NCBI GenBank assembly: GCA_002269645.1
Contig: NIVC01000974.1
Location: forward strand, 62,001 to 126,000
Length of the DNA: 64,000 bases
Direction: 5' to 3'
Source: Macrostomum lignano
Lineage: Eukaryota
Of this stretch, positions 1 to 14,900 are shown piece by piece. The notes beneath the pieces are model-generated. The model saw nothing but the letters and a program-made list of their open reading frames with translations, was not told where the DNA came from and did not search any database. Numbering within the stretch: the stretch's first letter is position 1; each line of letters opens with the position of its first letter. A program made the translations under genes and the position numbers.

Positions 1-322
1 GTCACTCCTATAGTTCTGTCACTTCTCTAGTAGTTCTGTCACTCCTATAGTAGTTCTGTCACTCCTATAGTAGTTCTGTCACTCCTCTAGTTATGTCACT
101 CCTCTAGTAGTTCTATCACTTCTCTAGTAGTTCTGTCACTCCTATAGTTCTGTCACTCCTATAGTTCTGTCACTTCTCTAGTTCTGTCACTCCTATAGTT
201 CCGTCACTCCTACAAAAGTTCTGTCACTCCTATAGTTCCGTCACTCCTATAAAAGTTCTGTCACTCTTATAGTTCCGTCACTCCTACAAAAGTTCTGTCA
301 CTCCTATAGTTCTGTCACACCT
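1..322. repeat. Tandem array, unit about 17-20 bp (GTCACTCCTATAGTTCT)
   Basis: Direct inspection; runs off the window start. Confidence 0.95.
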
Positions 323-1017
323 ATCTGATATCTACTGTATCTACCTGAGAACAGCTCCTTCTTTTCTGCGATTTAGCAAAACTTGATTACAATTTGATCG
401 TTCAGAACTGCCGTCACCACAAGTTATGAACTACTACTGTCTAAGAAAGATACTTCAGTTTGCAAACTTACGCCTGTCCTTCTTCTTAGACGCATTTTTG
501 TCGAAGCAAAATACTAATGTAGTTATCTTCCAAGAACAGATAAAGTCAGTTCCAATAGTTTTTTGCAGCCAATAAGAGATCCGGGATCCGTTTTGTTCTG
601 AACTCCTGTTGCCTTCAGTCAATTTCCTTTAACTGATAGGTGCAGTAATTATTGACGCCAGGTCAGAGACAACCGGCATTGCAATTGCTTTTACGCTCGT
701 AGAAGCATGCTATCAAATTCGCAAAGAAATGTATATGAAGAACTTAAAGAGTTCAACGACTGTTTGCTTTTGACTGTTCCTGTACAATTCCACACAGGCA
801 GATGAAGCAGCCATGCAGAATTTGTTTTTTTCCCATGAACAAATTTCTATTTTCTATTTTGCACAGCGCTTAATAGGGTTTGGGCCATAGACAAATTCAG
901 TCAAGAAAAAACACTGCAAAGATAGGAGCAGCCGGAACTTTGCTTGCTTGCCTGTCTCCAGCAGCAGTTCATGAGAAAACAGCTTGATAAACTTGTGAAG
1001 GTGTACTACACAAACAA

Positions 1018-1532
1018 AAATAGTTTTTGATCGGCGATGTACTTTATTAGTTCGTGAATCAGCCTTCAAATAGTTTTTGATTCGCGATGTACTTACGTTG
1101 TTCGTGAATCGGCCTTCAAATAGTTTTTGATTCGCGATGTACTTACGTTGTTTGTGAATCGGCCTTCAAATAGTTTTGATTCGCGATGTACTTACGTTGT
1201 TCGTGAATCGGCCTTCAAATAGTTTTGATTGGCGGATGTACTTTAGTTGTTCGTGAATCGGCCTTCAAATAGTTTTTGATTGGCGGATGTACTTTTGTTA
1301 TTCATGAATTGGCCTTCATTTAATTTTTGATTGGCGCATGTACATATAGTTTATTAGTTCGTGAATCGGCCTTCAAATAGTTTTTTTATTAATTATGTAC
1401 TTTAGTTGTTCGGGAATCGGCCTTCAAATAGTTTTTTATTACTGATGTACTTTAGTTGTTCGGGAATCGGCCTTCAAATAGTTTTTTTATTACTGATGTA
1501 CTTTAGTTGTTCGGGAATCGGCCTTCAAATAG
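1018..1532. repeat. Tandem array, unit about 50 bp
   Basis: AAATAGTTTTTGATTCGCGATGTACTTACGTTGTTCGTGAATCGGCCTTC variants. Confidence 0.95.
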
Positions 1533-2324
1533 TTTTCCCGCCACTACTGATACTGTTGGCTCATAGTGAGCACAGAAAATCCCGACAAGTCCTGGCTATG
1601 GCAGCATATCCTCACAGCATGAGATGCACCGGCTGTAAATCGAAGTAATCGAAATGTTTGTCACGGCAGCTCAAAATCAGTCGAAGCTCTCTGGTCGATT
1701 GATTCTGTCAGCTGACCAGGAAGGGGAGCCGTGCGAACTAGACAGCAAGCAGAACTCGTACAAGGGATTCGAGTTATTTTAAGGAAATCCCTTTTTTAGT
1801 GGTCGATAATCTGGGGAGACTGGAACTAATCCAGCGCTTTGATGAGCTGAGACACAGTGGATATTTGAGTGAAAGTTTCACATCAGCTCGAGGCGAGACA
1901 ATTAGTAGAAAATCTAGAGATATCCGTAGACAGTATTGATTCGATAGGCCAGTAAGGTTCTGATTTGGTATATTGTGATTTGTTTTAATTAATGTCTACG
2001 GCTCGTACATACAGACTGCGCGCAAATTGGAAATAAAGCTAAAAAATAGAGTAACGCGCAGTCTCGTGCAAACAGCTATAGATGTAGGAACTAACGGCAG
2101 AAATTATGCTAAAAGATTTGCAAAATAAAGGACGATAAAGTATCGTTAACAAAAAAGAATGGATAATTCGAATCGCAAAAAGATAAAGAAAATATTGCAG
2201 AAAATGACTTTACCTAGACAGAATGACTTATTAGTGCAGTGCAGTACAGCTATCGGATTGCTAGACTGTGAAGCACAATGGCCTCTTGGGCCTGATTGGG
2301 CTCAATGCCTGCTCTGCTATCTAG

Positions 2325-2930
2325 CTGGGAATGCTGGGGAGAGATGGAGCTGGAGATGCTGGGGAGAGATGGAGCTGGAGATGCTGCGGACAGATATAAC
2401 TGGAGATGTTGGGGAGAGATGGAGCTGGAGATGCTGGAGAGAGATGGAGCTGAAAATGCTGGGAGAGATGGAGCTGGAGATGCTGGGGGAGATGGAGCTG
2501 GAGATGCTGGGGGAGATGGAGCTGGAGATGCTGGGGGAGATGGAGCTGGAGATGCTGGGGGAGATGGAGCTGGAGATGCTGGGGAGAGATGGAGCTGGAG
2601 ATTCTGGGGAGATGGAGCTGAAGATGCTGGGGGATGGAGCCGGAGATGCTGGGGACAGATAGAACTGGAGAGGCTGAGGTAGCTGGAGCTGGAGATGTTT
2701 GGGAAAGATGGAGTTGGAGATGTTGGGTGAGATGGAGCTGGAGGTGCTGGGGGAGATGGAGCTGGAGATGCTGGGAGAGATGGAGCCGGAGATGCTGTGG
2801 GAGAGATGAAGCCGGAGATGCTGGGGAGAGATGGAGCTGAAGATGCTGGGGACAGATATAACTGGAGATGTTGGGGGGAGATGGAGCCGGAGATGCTGGG
2901 GGAGAGATGAAGCCGGAGATGCTGGGGAGG
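2325..2930. repeat. GA-rich tandem array, unit about 24-25 bp
   Basis: GGAGATGCTGGGGAGAGATGGAGCT variants. Confidence 0.95.
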
Positions 2931-3299
2931 GACACGCAGCTAAAGAATAGCACGCCACATTTTGCCTACAGCCTTCAGAAGACCGTCGAAAGCAAGGCAA
3001 AAACAAATCTATTTCTATGAAAAAAATCCGATACAAACAGTTCAGTTCAGGTGACAGAAAATGCAACTTTCTAGACAGTAAACAGACTGGCAGACGAACT
3101 GATTCGTTGTATGCATCTTTCTAGTCGGTTTTGGTGAGCTCTTCAGTGAGAAAATGCCAAAAAGGCAGAATAAAGTTAACTACAATAGTGCAACAGTATG
3201 CTTGGAAAAAAAATTCTTTTCAGAGTGCGCTTCTACTGCAAAGAGATTTCACTAAGTTATTACAAGTTATAAGAATTCAATAAAATTTAACGAATTGTT

Positions 3300-4304
3300 C
3301 TGATAAACATTAAAGAGATCCTGATAATCATTAGAGAGATCCTGATGAACATTAAAGAGATCCTGATAATCATTAGAGAGATCCTGATGAACATTAAAGA
3401 GATCCTGATAATCATTAGAGAGATCCTGATGAACATTAAAGAGATCCTGATAATCATTAGAGAGATCCTGATAATCATTGAAGAGATTCTGATAATCATT
3501 AGAGATGCTGATACTCACTAGAGAGATCATGATAATCATTAGAGATCCTGATAATCATTAGAGAGATCCTGATAATCATTAGAGAGATCCTGATAATCAT
3601 TAGAGATCCTGATAATCATTAGAGAGATCATGATAATCATTTGAGATGCTGATAATCATTAGAGAGATCCTGATAATCATTTGAGATGCTGATACTCACT
3701 AGAGAGATCCTGATAATCATTAGAGATCCTGATAATCATTAGAGAGATCCTGATAATCATTAGAGAGATACTGATAATCATTAGAGATCCTGATAATCAT
3801 TAGAGAGATCCTGATAAACATGAGAGAGAACCTGATAAACATTAGAGAGATGCTGAGAATCGCTAGATATGCTGAGAATCGCTAGAGATGCTGAGAATCG
3901 CTAGAGATGCTGAGAATCGCTAGAGATGCTGAGAATCGCTAGATATGCTGAGAATCGCTAGAGATGCTGAGAATCGCTAGAGATGCTGAGAATCGCTAGA
4001 GATGCTGAGAATCGCTAGAGATGCTGAGAATCGCTAGAGATGCTGAGAATCGCTAGAGATGCTGAGAATCGCTAGAGATGCTGAGAATCGCTAGAGATGC
4101 TGAGAATCGCTAGAGATGCTGAGAATCGCTAGAGATGCTGAGAATCGCTAGAGATGCTGAGAATCGCTAGAGATGCTGAGAATCGCTAGAGATGCTGAGA
4201 ATCGCTAGAGATGCTGAGAATCGCTAGAGATGCTGAGAATCGCTAGAGATGCTGAGAATCGCTAGAGATGCTGAGAATCGCTAGAGATGCTGAGAATCGC
4301 TAGA
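3300..4304. repeat. Compound array: a 21-bp unit grading into a related homogeneous 19-bp unit
   Basis: AGAGATCCTGATAATCATTAG (3300-3845), then AGATGCTGAGAATCGCTAG (3846-4304). Confidence 0.95.
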
Positions 4305-4483
4305 GCTCCAGAACGGAAACGCTGGTGAAGCTTAGCGGGCAGGCACAAGATCAATCAATCAATTCAAGAGGCTTCTAGAGATCGATAGGAACTCTCAGAC
4401 AGGCCGATGGTGGCTCGCCAAAGGCAATCATGGCAATAGTTATTAAAAATACGTTAAAACTCCTTGGCCACCCGGCCATCCGG

Positions 4484-7400
4484 TCAGTCCTCTTTCTCCT
4501 GCGGCAGTACTAGAAGAAATTTCTGCAGCAATTTTGTCACGTCATCTGCAAGTGAAATTAGTGGCAAGACATCGGAAATGGGTCAGTAGCAATATTCAAT
4601 ATTTCAATTTCTTAGTCTTACTAGAAAACTGGATGTCCTAATCCGAAAACCTACTTCCTAATCCGAAAACCAGATATCCTCTCATCCGAAAACCGGGTTT
4701 CCTAATCCGAAAACCAGAAATCCTAATCCGAAAACCGGGTGTCCTAATCTGAAAACCCGGTGTCCTAATCTGAAAACCGGGTGTCCTAATCCGAAATCCA
4801 GGTGTCTTAATCCGAAATACGGGTGTCCTAATCCGAAATCCGGGTGTCCTAATCCGAAATCCGGGTGTCCTAATCCGAAATCCGGGTGTCCTAATCCGAA
4901 ATCCGGGTGTCCTAATCCGAAATCCGGGTGTCCTAATCCGAAATCCGGGTGTCTTAATCCGAAATCCGGGTGTCCTAATCCGAAATCCGGGTGTCCTAAT
5001 CCGAAATCCGGGTGTCCTAATCCGAAATCCGGGTGTCCTAATCCGAAATCCGGGTGTCCTAATCCGAAATCCGGGTGTCCTAATCCGAAATACGGGTGTC
5101 CTAATCCGAAATCCGGGTGTCCTAATCCGAAATCAGGTGCATATAAATTCGATAAGCTGGCGAACTACTGCTACTCGGGCACAAATTAGCTAGCTGCTCA
5201 CCCATGCCGGTACTCAGCGGGCAGTCGGGTTTGGCCCGGCACAGCAGGCCTACGCAGAACAGAGGCACTCCGCTCAGCATGATCAGCAAGGACATGATGC
5301 TCTCTGCTGGCGACTTGATCAGGGTGAATACGCAAATGCCGGCCGTGACCAGGAACATGGCGACCGGAACAGCTAGCGGAAGCTGCCGAATGGCCAATTG
5401 AAACGGCAAGTTTTGTAATTGCTTGAACTAAATTTTGTGACCGAGCACGGAAGACAGATAATCAAAGGGGCGATTTGAAGAATAAGAAAAGAAACACCGG
5501 AGGCGCCAGCACCGGAGGCGCCAGCACCGGAGGCGCCAGCACCGGAGGCGCCAGCACCGGAGGCGCCAGCACCGGAGGCGCCAGCACCGGAGGCGCCAGC
5601 ACCGGAGGCGCCAGCACCGGAGGCGCCAGCACCGGAGGCGCCAGCACCGGAGGCGCCAGCACCGGAGGCGCCAGCACCGGAGGCGCCAGCACCGGAGGCG
5701 CCAGCACCGGAGGCGCCAGCACCGGAGGCGCCAGCACCGGAGGCGCCAGCACCGGAGGCGCCAGCACCGGAGGCGCCAGCACCGGAGGCGCCAGCACCGG
5801 AGGCGCCAGCACCGGAGGCGCCAGCACCGGAGGCGCCAGCACCGGAGGCGCCAGCACCGGAGGCGCCAGCACCGGAGGCGCCAGCACCGGAGGCGCCAGC
5901 ACCGGAGGCGCCAGCACCGGAGGCGCCAGCACCGGCTGGAAAGCACACACAGGGAGTGATTTAGTTAGCTAGCTCGCAAGGCGGCTGTGGGCGCCAGTGT
6001 CATGCCGATTACGCAGGCTCACTCAGGGTGTACAGCGGCCCTGACTATCTAATCGTCAGACATGTACACTCTCTGTGCCTCAAGTGAACTGTCGGCAGGC
6101 ACTGGTTGTTTTGAGGTTACGAGCTACTATTTTGGAAGAGAGCTGTTTTTATTGAACTTAGCTCATAACCTATAGGAGTAGGGGTTGTAGCCTAATGGTC
6201 AGAGCGTCGGACTCACGACTGAAAGGTCGGAGGTTCGATTCTCGACCCAAGACACTTAACTCTGCATTGCTTCAGTTCATTCAGCTGTAAAATGGGTGCC
6301 AGCATTAGCTGAGGGTGTGTGTGGCGACCCACAGGCCTTCAGATGCACCGCGCAACAGCTGCAGCTGAGCTGTCGGCTGCACATCTGGCCCCATTGGGGC
6401 AGGTGTAATCAATTATTATTACTATTATTAAATCATAGCTGCGATAATATTCACTGTGGACTTGAATGCCAAACCAAGAGCAGAACGAGGACCCAAAGCT
6501 TTTCAAATCTGGAACCGGTAGCTTTAGAAGGTTAGGCAGGCAGGCAGGCAGCTGTAGGGGTCGTGGCTGTGGCAATTTAGGCTTTGCAAATATAATCAGC
6601 TCTCTGCATGGTCTTGGCCCAGTTCGGTCGACCGGAACAAACTCGAGTAGGTTCAACTGTGGCGAGTTCGAGCACTCAACTGTAAATGGCCGAAAAATAG
6701 CTATTGAGGGGTGAGCCACTTGTGCGGTGGGCTGTAGCATTGCCTATACCAGCAGCATCTGTATCAGGAAAGTCAGTCTGGGCTAATAAACAGTAGCGTT
6801 TTAGCATTTCGACGCCAACTTTATCCAGGTAAAGGTGCAGCGCCGTTCCTATCAAACTTCCTTTAAGTTTGTTTGCCAGACCATCGAGTAGCGTTGTGTG
6901 CTTGCTCAGGGGAGTCGGCAGAATGGGCAGCAATGCCTCTCGCTGGTTGTGACAATGTCCCTTAAAGTGCGCCTGGGTGCACACAGCCAGGGTGCTTTTG
7001 ACTGTCAATGCTTGACTGTCACTGCTTGACTGTCACTGCTTGACTGCCACTGCTTGACTGTCACTGCTTGACTGTCACTGTCACTTTGACCGCCACTGTT
7101 TGACTGCCAACTATTTTGACAGCCAACGATTTAGTGTAGGGTTAAGGTTTAGTTAGGGCTAGGATTTGGTTAGAATTAGGCAGTCGAATCATCGGCAGTG
7201 AAATGTCGTGGATCGATGATGCTTCTGTATTGAAGGCCTATCTTTGTTCACATTTCCAATCTTAGCACTGTCGCTCTCACCCGGAAGGGTCGATGCAGCT
7301 CCGGTTGACGAAATCGCAGCACCAGCAGGCAACCGAGGGCCATCAAGATGATCGCCATGTAGGAGAAGCCGGTCAGCTCTATGAGATAGTCCAGCTTGTT

Positions 7401-9670
7401 GGTGAATACCTGCTGGTACACGACGCTGCATACGAACTGGATTGAAGTCAAGGTGGGAGTAAAGGAGGGTCTAAGGCTCTGATATGGGTCACAGCTCGAT
7501 ACAGTACCTCTCTGACCGAGTAACCGGGTCTGACCGAGTCACCGTTCAGTACAGTACCTGTCTGACCGAGTCACCAGTCAGTGCAGTACCTGTCTGACCG
7601 AGTCACCAGTCAGTACAGTACCTGTCTGACCGAGTCACCAGTCAGTACAGTACCTGTCTGACCGAGTCACCGTTCAGTGCAGTACCTGTCTGACCGAATC
7701 ACCAGTCAGTGCAGTACCTGTCTGACCGAGTCACCTTTCAGTACAGTACCTGTCTGACCGAGTCACCAGTCAGTGCAGTACCTGTCTGACCGAGTCACGG
7801 ATCGGTAGTGTTCTCCAACCACCTTTATTAATAAATATTTTTTCTAAAATTGAAATCAATATCGACTCAAAACAGCACAAGCTATCCATATAATCAGGTG
7901 AGCCAGTTAAAAGTGCAACACTGAAGCGCTCACCATAGCAAGCACAGCCGGAACCGGAGTCAGCCGGCTCGCTTGCACCATGCCCAACACTGATGGAAAG
8001 TGGCCCTCGTTGGCTGCCGTGAATGCCACTCTCGACATACCCAAAATCTCGCCATTCAAACTGCCGAATATAGACATGGCGACTAGCAGTGGCATGGCCA
8101 GGGCGAAGGCGCCCATCGAGCGCTCGGCGAAGGTTACCGCAACGGCGTGCGACGCCACCAGACGCTCCGGCGATAGGACGGCCAGGTAGGCTACGTTAAC
8201 AGTTATATAGATTGCCGTGATTAGCGACAACGACAGGGTTATTGCTAGTGGGAGGCTGCGCGACGGGCGCTTCATCTCTTCGGTGAGGAAGTTCAAACAA
8301 TTCCTGGAGGAGAGATATCATTGGAGGATACAATCTGGTCATAAATTCAACTATGATTATGGCTAACTTCTAAGTATTTCAATTACAAGTATATGTATAC
8401 ACATGACAAAAAGTGGATATCAAAACTTTTCAAAACTTTGAGTAGCGGGGCGCCCCTTTGGCATGCGCATATGAGCTACGAAGAACCCCCTGCAGCTCAC
8501 CATCCGCTGTAGGCCCAGAAGCCCTGGTAGAAGGCCGACACAAATCCTGCTGTGTAGTCGCTGCCCTCAAACGAGTTCTCAAAATTCTCCGTGCTACCTC
8601 GGCCAAGCCAATACATGCCGACGCCCGTGACAACTAGCAGAGCGCACACTTTCGATAGGGACATTACTACCGCCAGCTTGGTGGCCCATTTCACCTTCAG
8701 GCAGTTGACTGCGGTCAGCAGGGCTGCTCAGAAGAAAATAATTATTGATTTTGTCATAGAAAGCATAAAAATGTTCAGTGGATCAAAGGAATTTTACTCT
8801 GTGACTATAGTATTGCACTCACACACGGACAGAAACGCGGTCAGTCGAGTGAGGTACTCGGGCACCGGGCAGCCGGGGTACAGCGGTGTCAGGCAATACT
8901 TGGCGAATAACAGCGAGTTGGCCGCCATGGTGACGCAGCCAGTGACGATAAACGCAATCCACAGCACCAAGAATGCGGGCAGGGGACCGAAAACTTGCAG
9001 AACGTAGATGTACTCGCCACCGGATCTGACAATGATGGGACAGAATGCTTTTGGGATCACGGATTAAGGGTGCAGTTTTTATCAGTATCGAAAATGCTGG
9101 CTGATAAAAATGCCTGACTGCTCTCATAACCCGAGCAGTGCTGTTTTTGGAAGATGAGTTTTTTAGCGGCGCAGTGGTTGTCCAAGCAAAGAATCGTAAC
9201 TTTAAAAGATGTTTTACATCGCCAGTAACTGAAACTATTATATTTACATCCTGAGTCATTACATCCAGCTTCATTGCAGTACATCAGGGAATTAGCTTTC
9301 TAATTTTTATGAAGTAAAAATGGATTTGTGGACAATAGTTGGACAAAAGTAAAATCAGATGGCAAAGATGTAAAGATTGAGCCAACCTCGGAATGGTGGT
9401 GCCCAGTTCCGCATAGCAAAGTGCACCGAATCCACTGTAGACACCTGCTAATGTCCACATGACAAAGCTGAATCCCACGCTGCCCGACTCCTGCAGTATG
9501 CCCTTAGGTGACACAAATATGCCAGAACCAATGACAAAGCCAATGATGATAGCCATGCCCTGTACAACGCCGATCTCTTTGCGCAGTTCAATTCGCGTTG
9601 GCGCAGATTTTTCCTCCACTGCGGGACCCCCATTGCTATTTTGAAATTTGGCCAGGCGCTCGTTACTCAT
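4484..9670 (-). CDS. L-type/y+L amino acid transporter light chain (SLC7A5-A11 family, APC superfamily), 7 coding exons, about 492 aa
   Basis: Exons 9670-9387, 9025-8823, 8723-8501, 8303-7934, 7436-7281, 5382-5202 and 4545-4484 are all bounded by GT/AG and phase-consistent (1479 nt). Family motifs: IGSGIFVSPKG, GALCYAELGTTIPRSGGEY, AFYQGFWAYSGWNCLNFLTEE, LRFRQPELHRPF; C-terminus LLQKFLLVLPQEKED*. Confidence 0.95.
4628..5131. repeat. Tandem array, 21 bp, SLC7 intron 6
   Basis: CCGGGTGTCCTAATCCGAAAT. Confidence 0.95.
5495..5935. repeat. Perfect tandem array, 15 bp x about 29, SLC7 intron 5
   Basis: CACCGGAGGCGCCAG. Confidence 0.97.
6180..6431 (+). mobile_element. tRNA-derived SINE in SLC7 intron 5
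   Basis: A-box-like TAGCCTAATGG, B-box GGTTCGATTC, central CAAGACACTTAACTCTGCATTGCTTCAGTTCATTCAGCTGTAAAATGGGTGCC resembling conserved SINE central domains, and an (ATT)n tail. Confidence 0.8.
6995..7120. repeat. Short tandem array, about 14 bp, followed by a TTAGGG-like run
   Basis: ACTGCTTGACTGTC variants, then GGGTTAAGGTTTTAGTTAGGG. Confidence 0.8.
7495..7798. repeat. Tandem array, 32 bp, SLC7 intron 4
   Basis: GTCAGTACAGTACCTGTCTGACCGAGTCACCA. Confidence 0.95.
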
Positions 9671-10853
9671 AGCTGAAAAGAAGAAAAAACTGTGCAGATT
9701 AGTCATCCATATATCCAGAATATTTCGAAATAAATTTATTAAGTAAAACTCGATAATTTAATTTCTATAAAACTATTGACTTATAGAGAAAATCAGTCGA
9801 GAAGTTTGAAAATTGTCAAATAATTAACTTCCTGACAAATACGAACTTGAAAATGAGTTATAAAACGAAAGTGGTTATTTGTCTAAAATAATTGTCAGTG
9901 TAAAAACTTTGTAACTAAAAATGAATATTTCAAGTGTTAAAAATCAGTTTAAATAAATATATTAGGAGTATAAGTCTTCAGATGAAGATACAAGAAAATT
10001 AGTAATTATGAAGGTGTAAACATATCTCAACCAGGTAAAAATGCTTAGAACATTTAACCATAATGAATTTAGGTCAGAAATATGAAAGGGAATCTGAATT
10101 TTGGATTTTGAATTTTGAATTTTGAATTTTTTGGCTATAAATATATGACCATACCTTTCTATGCTCAACTTACTACTCCTATTTTTCATACTATTTAAAC
10201 TATAATGCGGTTAACAGTCGATGATAAGATAAAAGCTTTCGTAGCATAGAGATAGCTCTTTTGAACACGAAAATTAAGTGTATAGTACATTAACAAGTGC
10301 TGATTTCGCTGTCATTTACCTTAAGGTTAATTTTAGAAGCGCGATAAATGCGTTCAATTTTTAATTTGTATTATATATTATTTACCGCGGCTTTGGGTTT
10401 TCATACAGACAAAAAATCTCAAGTTTAGGTCTAAAAGTTAAGAAATATTTATTTTTAATTGTATTGAAGTTTTTTATTAATAATATATGTTTAACTTTGC
10501 TTCTTTAGTTTGTTAAAAATGAAATATATCAAGGATGTGACTTTTTGAAAAATTATCAAGACCCGCGATTCAAAGAGTGAACGCATATCAGAGACGTGTG
10601 GAGTGTGTACAGGTGCAATAAGGCTGTTATATAACATTGCAAATTATTTTATTTAATTTTATGGAGTTCTAGCTAGATGAAAAATCTTATTTTTTCTTTT
10701 CGCTGAACACTTGCAAGTAACTAGCTAGCTACAGCCTATAGTACAGTTAGTATGAAATATATATCTGTATCTGTTCAGTAATCAATCCTAAGATGGAAGT
10801 CACTAGGGCCTATATACCTTTAATTCCCTTAGCCTCAGCTCAGTTCAACTAAT

Positions 10854-10915
10854 GCTAATACCCATTTGACAGCTGGGTAGACCTAAATTAAAGCAATGCA
10901 GAGCTAAATACCTTG
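10854..10915 (-). mobile_element. Degenerate central-domain fragment of the same SINE family
   Basis: Its reverse complement aligns to about 6248-6303, with several CA>TA changes. Confidence 0.6.
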
Positions 10916-11294
10916 ATCATATCATCAAAGACAATTGTCCAATTTCAAGTAGGCCTAGGTCAAGAATTAAAAAACTCTTAACCTTTTAGTTATAACATAC
11001 AACCTCTTCATACTAGCCCCAGGGTATATTTAGTTTATGTTAGTTTTTTTAGATGACTATAAAAACTTGAAAAGAAAGTGATAATATCTTAGCAATACAA
11101 AAAGGCAGTTTCATAGCCATCCATAGGTCAATGGTATTGCATTTCTATGTAATAAAATATATTATCAAATCTATAAATTTTATCAACAATAGACCTAGGT
11201 CATAGGAAGCAAGGCCTAGTATCTATTTAGGCCTATAAAGATATTTTGTAAAACCATTTATTTTGGCCTAAATAACTTACAAAGTATAGGCCTA

Positions 11295-13555
<2,261 letters not shown>

Positions 13556-14429
13556 AAACACCTTGTAATTAAATAGGCCTACTAATAGCTTAATAGCCTA
13601 TTCTTTTACTTTAAAACCATATTGTTTTATATTATTAAAATATTAGTTAACTTACATATTAATTTATATATATTTTAATAATGCTATATATATGCTAAGT
13701 CAAATCTAGGGTATTTATTTAAAAATCTATTATATATTAATATTTTTATAGTTGTACAATTGCTAGCTGACCTAGCCAATACAGTTTATATAAAGTGAAA
13801 AAGACTAAAGGAAAGATAAGTTGCACCGATTTTTTTGACAAAATTTGACAATGCATTAAAGATTTTTTGCTTTGTTGTTAGGTGAATTCTATAACAAAGT
13901 TGCATTTTTAGTCTAAACTAAGTTTTATAGCTGGCATAATTTTAGAGATTATATTATATGTATATGTATATATATTGGCTATTCAGCTAGGTATAAGTAA
14001 TTATTTATAGTCAAAAGTTATTGAGTTTTTTATGCACTTGCTATATCCTTGCTAGATAATTTTGATTAAAAAATTAGATGATTATAAATTATTAAAAAAT
14101 GTAATTTAATTGATGATAGACAATATATCCATAAATATTATTATTATCACTTGATATTACTAGTATACAAATAAATGTAAAAATCTATTTTATTTATGGA
14201 TTATCATTTAGGATATTTTAGATATCATTTACTTTCTGCTTAATGCTTTTTACTTCTAAAGTTATTATGCCATTTTTGAAAAATGCCTAAAGTAAACTCA
14301 AGATTATTCTATTTTAGGTAACATAGCACTTTTTTGTTTTTTTCACTATAATAAAAAGTAATCACTAAGATTCCATTGGCTATAATATTAGAAACTTATA
14401 CCCTTTGACTATTTTAAGACAATTTAAAT

Positions 14430-14726
14430 CATACATGCGCAACAGTCGGCCGAGTCGGCCGATCCGGCCGACCGATTTGGCGACCAACCAAGGAAGTCGC
14501 AAAAATGCCCACTCAAAAAACACCCTAGTAGTAGTACTAAGTAGCTGACGAAGCATTTTGGCTTAATAAGAGAGTCATAGTTACTCCTGCCGTTTACCCA
14601 AACTTGCGTTAATTTTGCTTTACGGTTTTTTTACATGCAAGTCGCATTTTTGGCCAAAAACTACGTCGCATTTTTGTTAAAACTAAGTCGCACGGCCGAC
14701 CGAATTTTGGAGGTTGCGCATGTATG
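14430..14726. mobile_element. hAT-like MITE
   Basis: TIR CATACATGCGCAAC / GTTGCGCATGTATG with 8-bp ATTTAAAT on both sides; CpG-rich interior. Confidence 0.8.
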
Positions 14727-14900
14727 ATTTAAATTGCCTAATTTGGTGTCTATTATACATCTATAATACTTGTCCAACTCATAGATCACAACTCTTGATT
14801 CATTTGCCTGACAATTAGAAAGTCAGGTCTGCTGTGAGGATGATAGTGTGTGAGTGCGAGTCTGCTCTATTCGATTTTTTCAGACCTAGTGACAGCCAAG

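Noticed and set aside
470-720. Minus-strand frame that reads protein-like if TGA were Trp or Sec
   Set aside because: It also contains TAA stops, and all well-supported genes use the standard code with TGA as stop.
5373-5972. Silk- or elastin-like ORFs (GASGA)n, (APPVL)n and similar long ORFs over other arrays
   Set aside because: They are reading frames through intronic tandem repeats; the host genes splice around them in consistent phase.
6181-6252. tRNA gene
   Set aside because: Acceptor and T stems do not pair, and the sequence continues into a SINE body and tail.
6430-6990. Short ORFs in SLC7 intron 5 as a nested gene
   Set aside because: No recognisable motifs or consistent splice structure; probably decayed repeat sequence.
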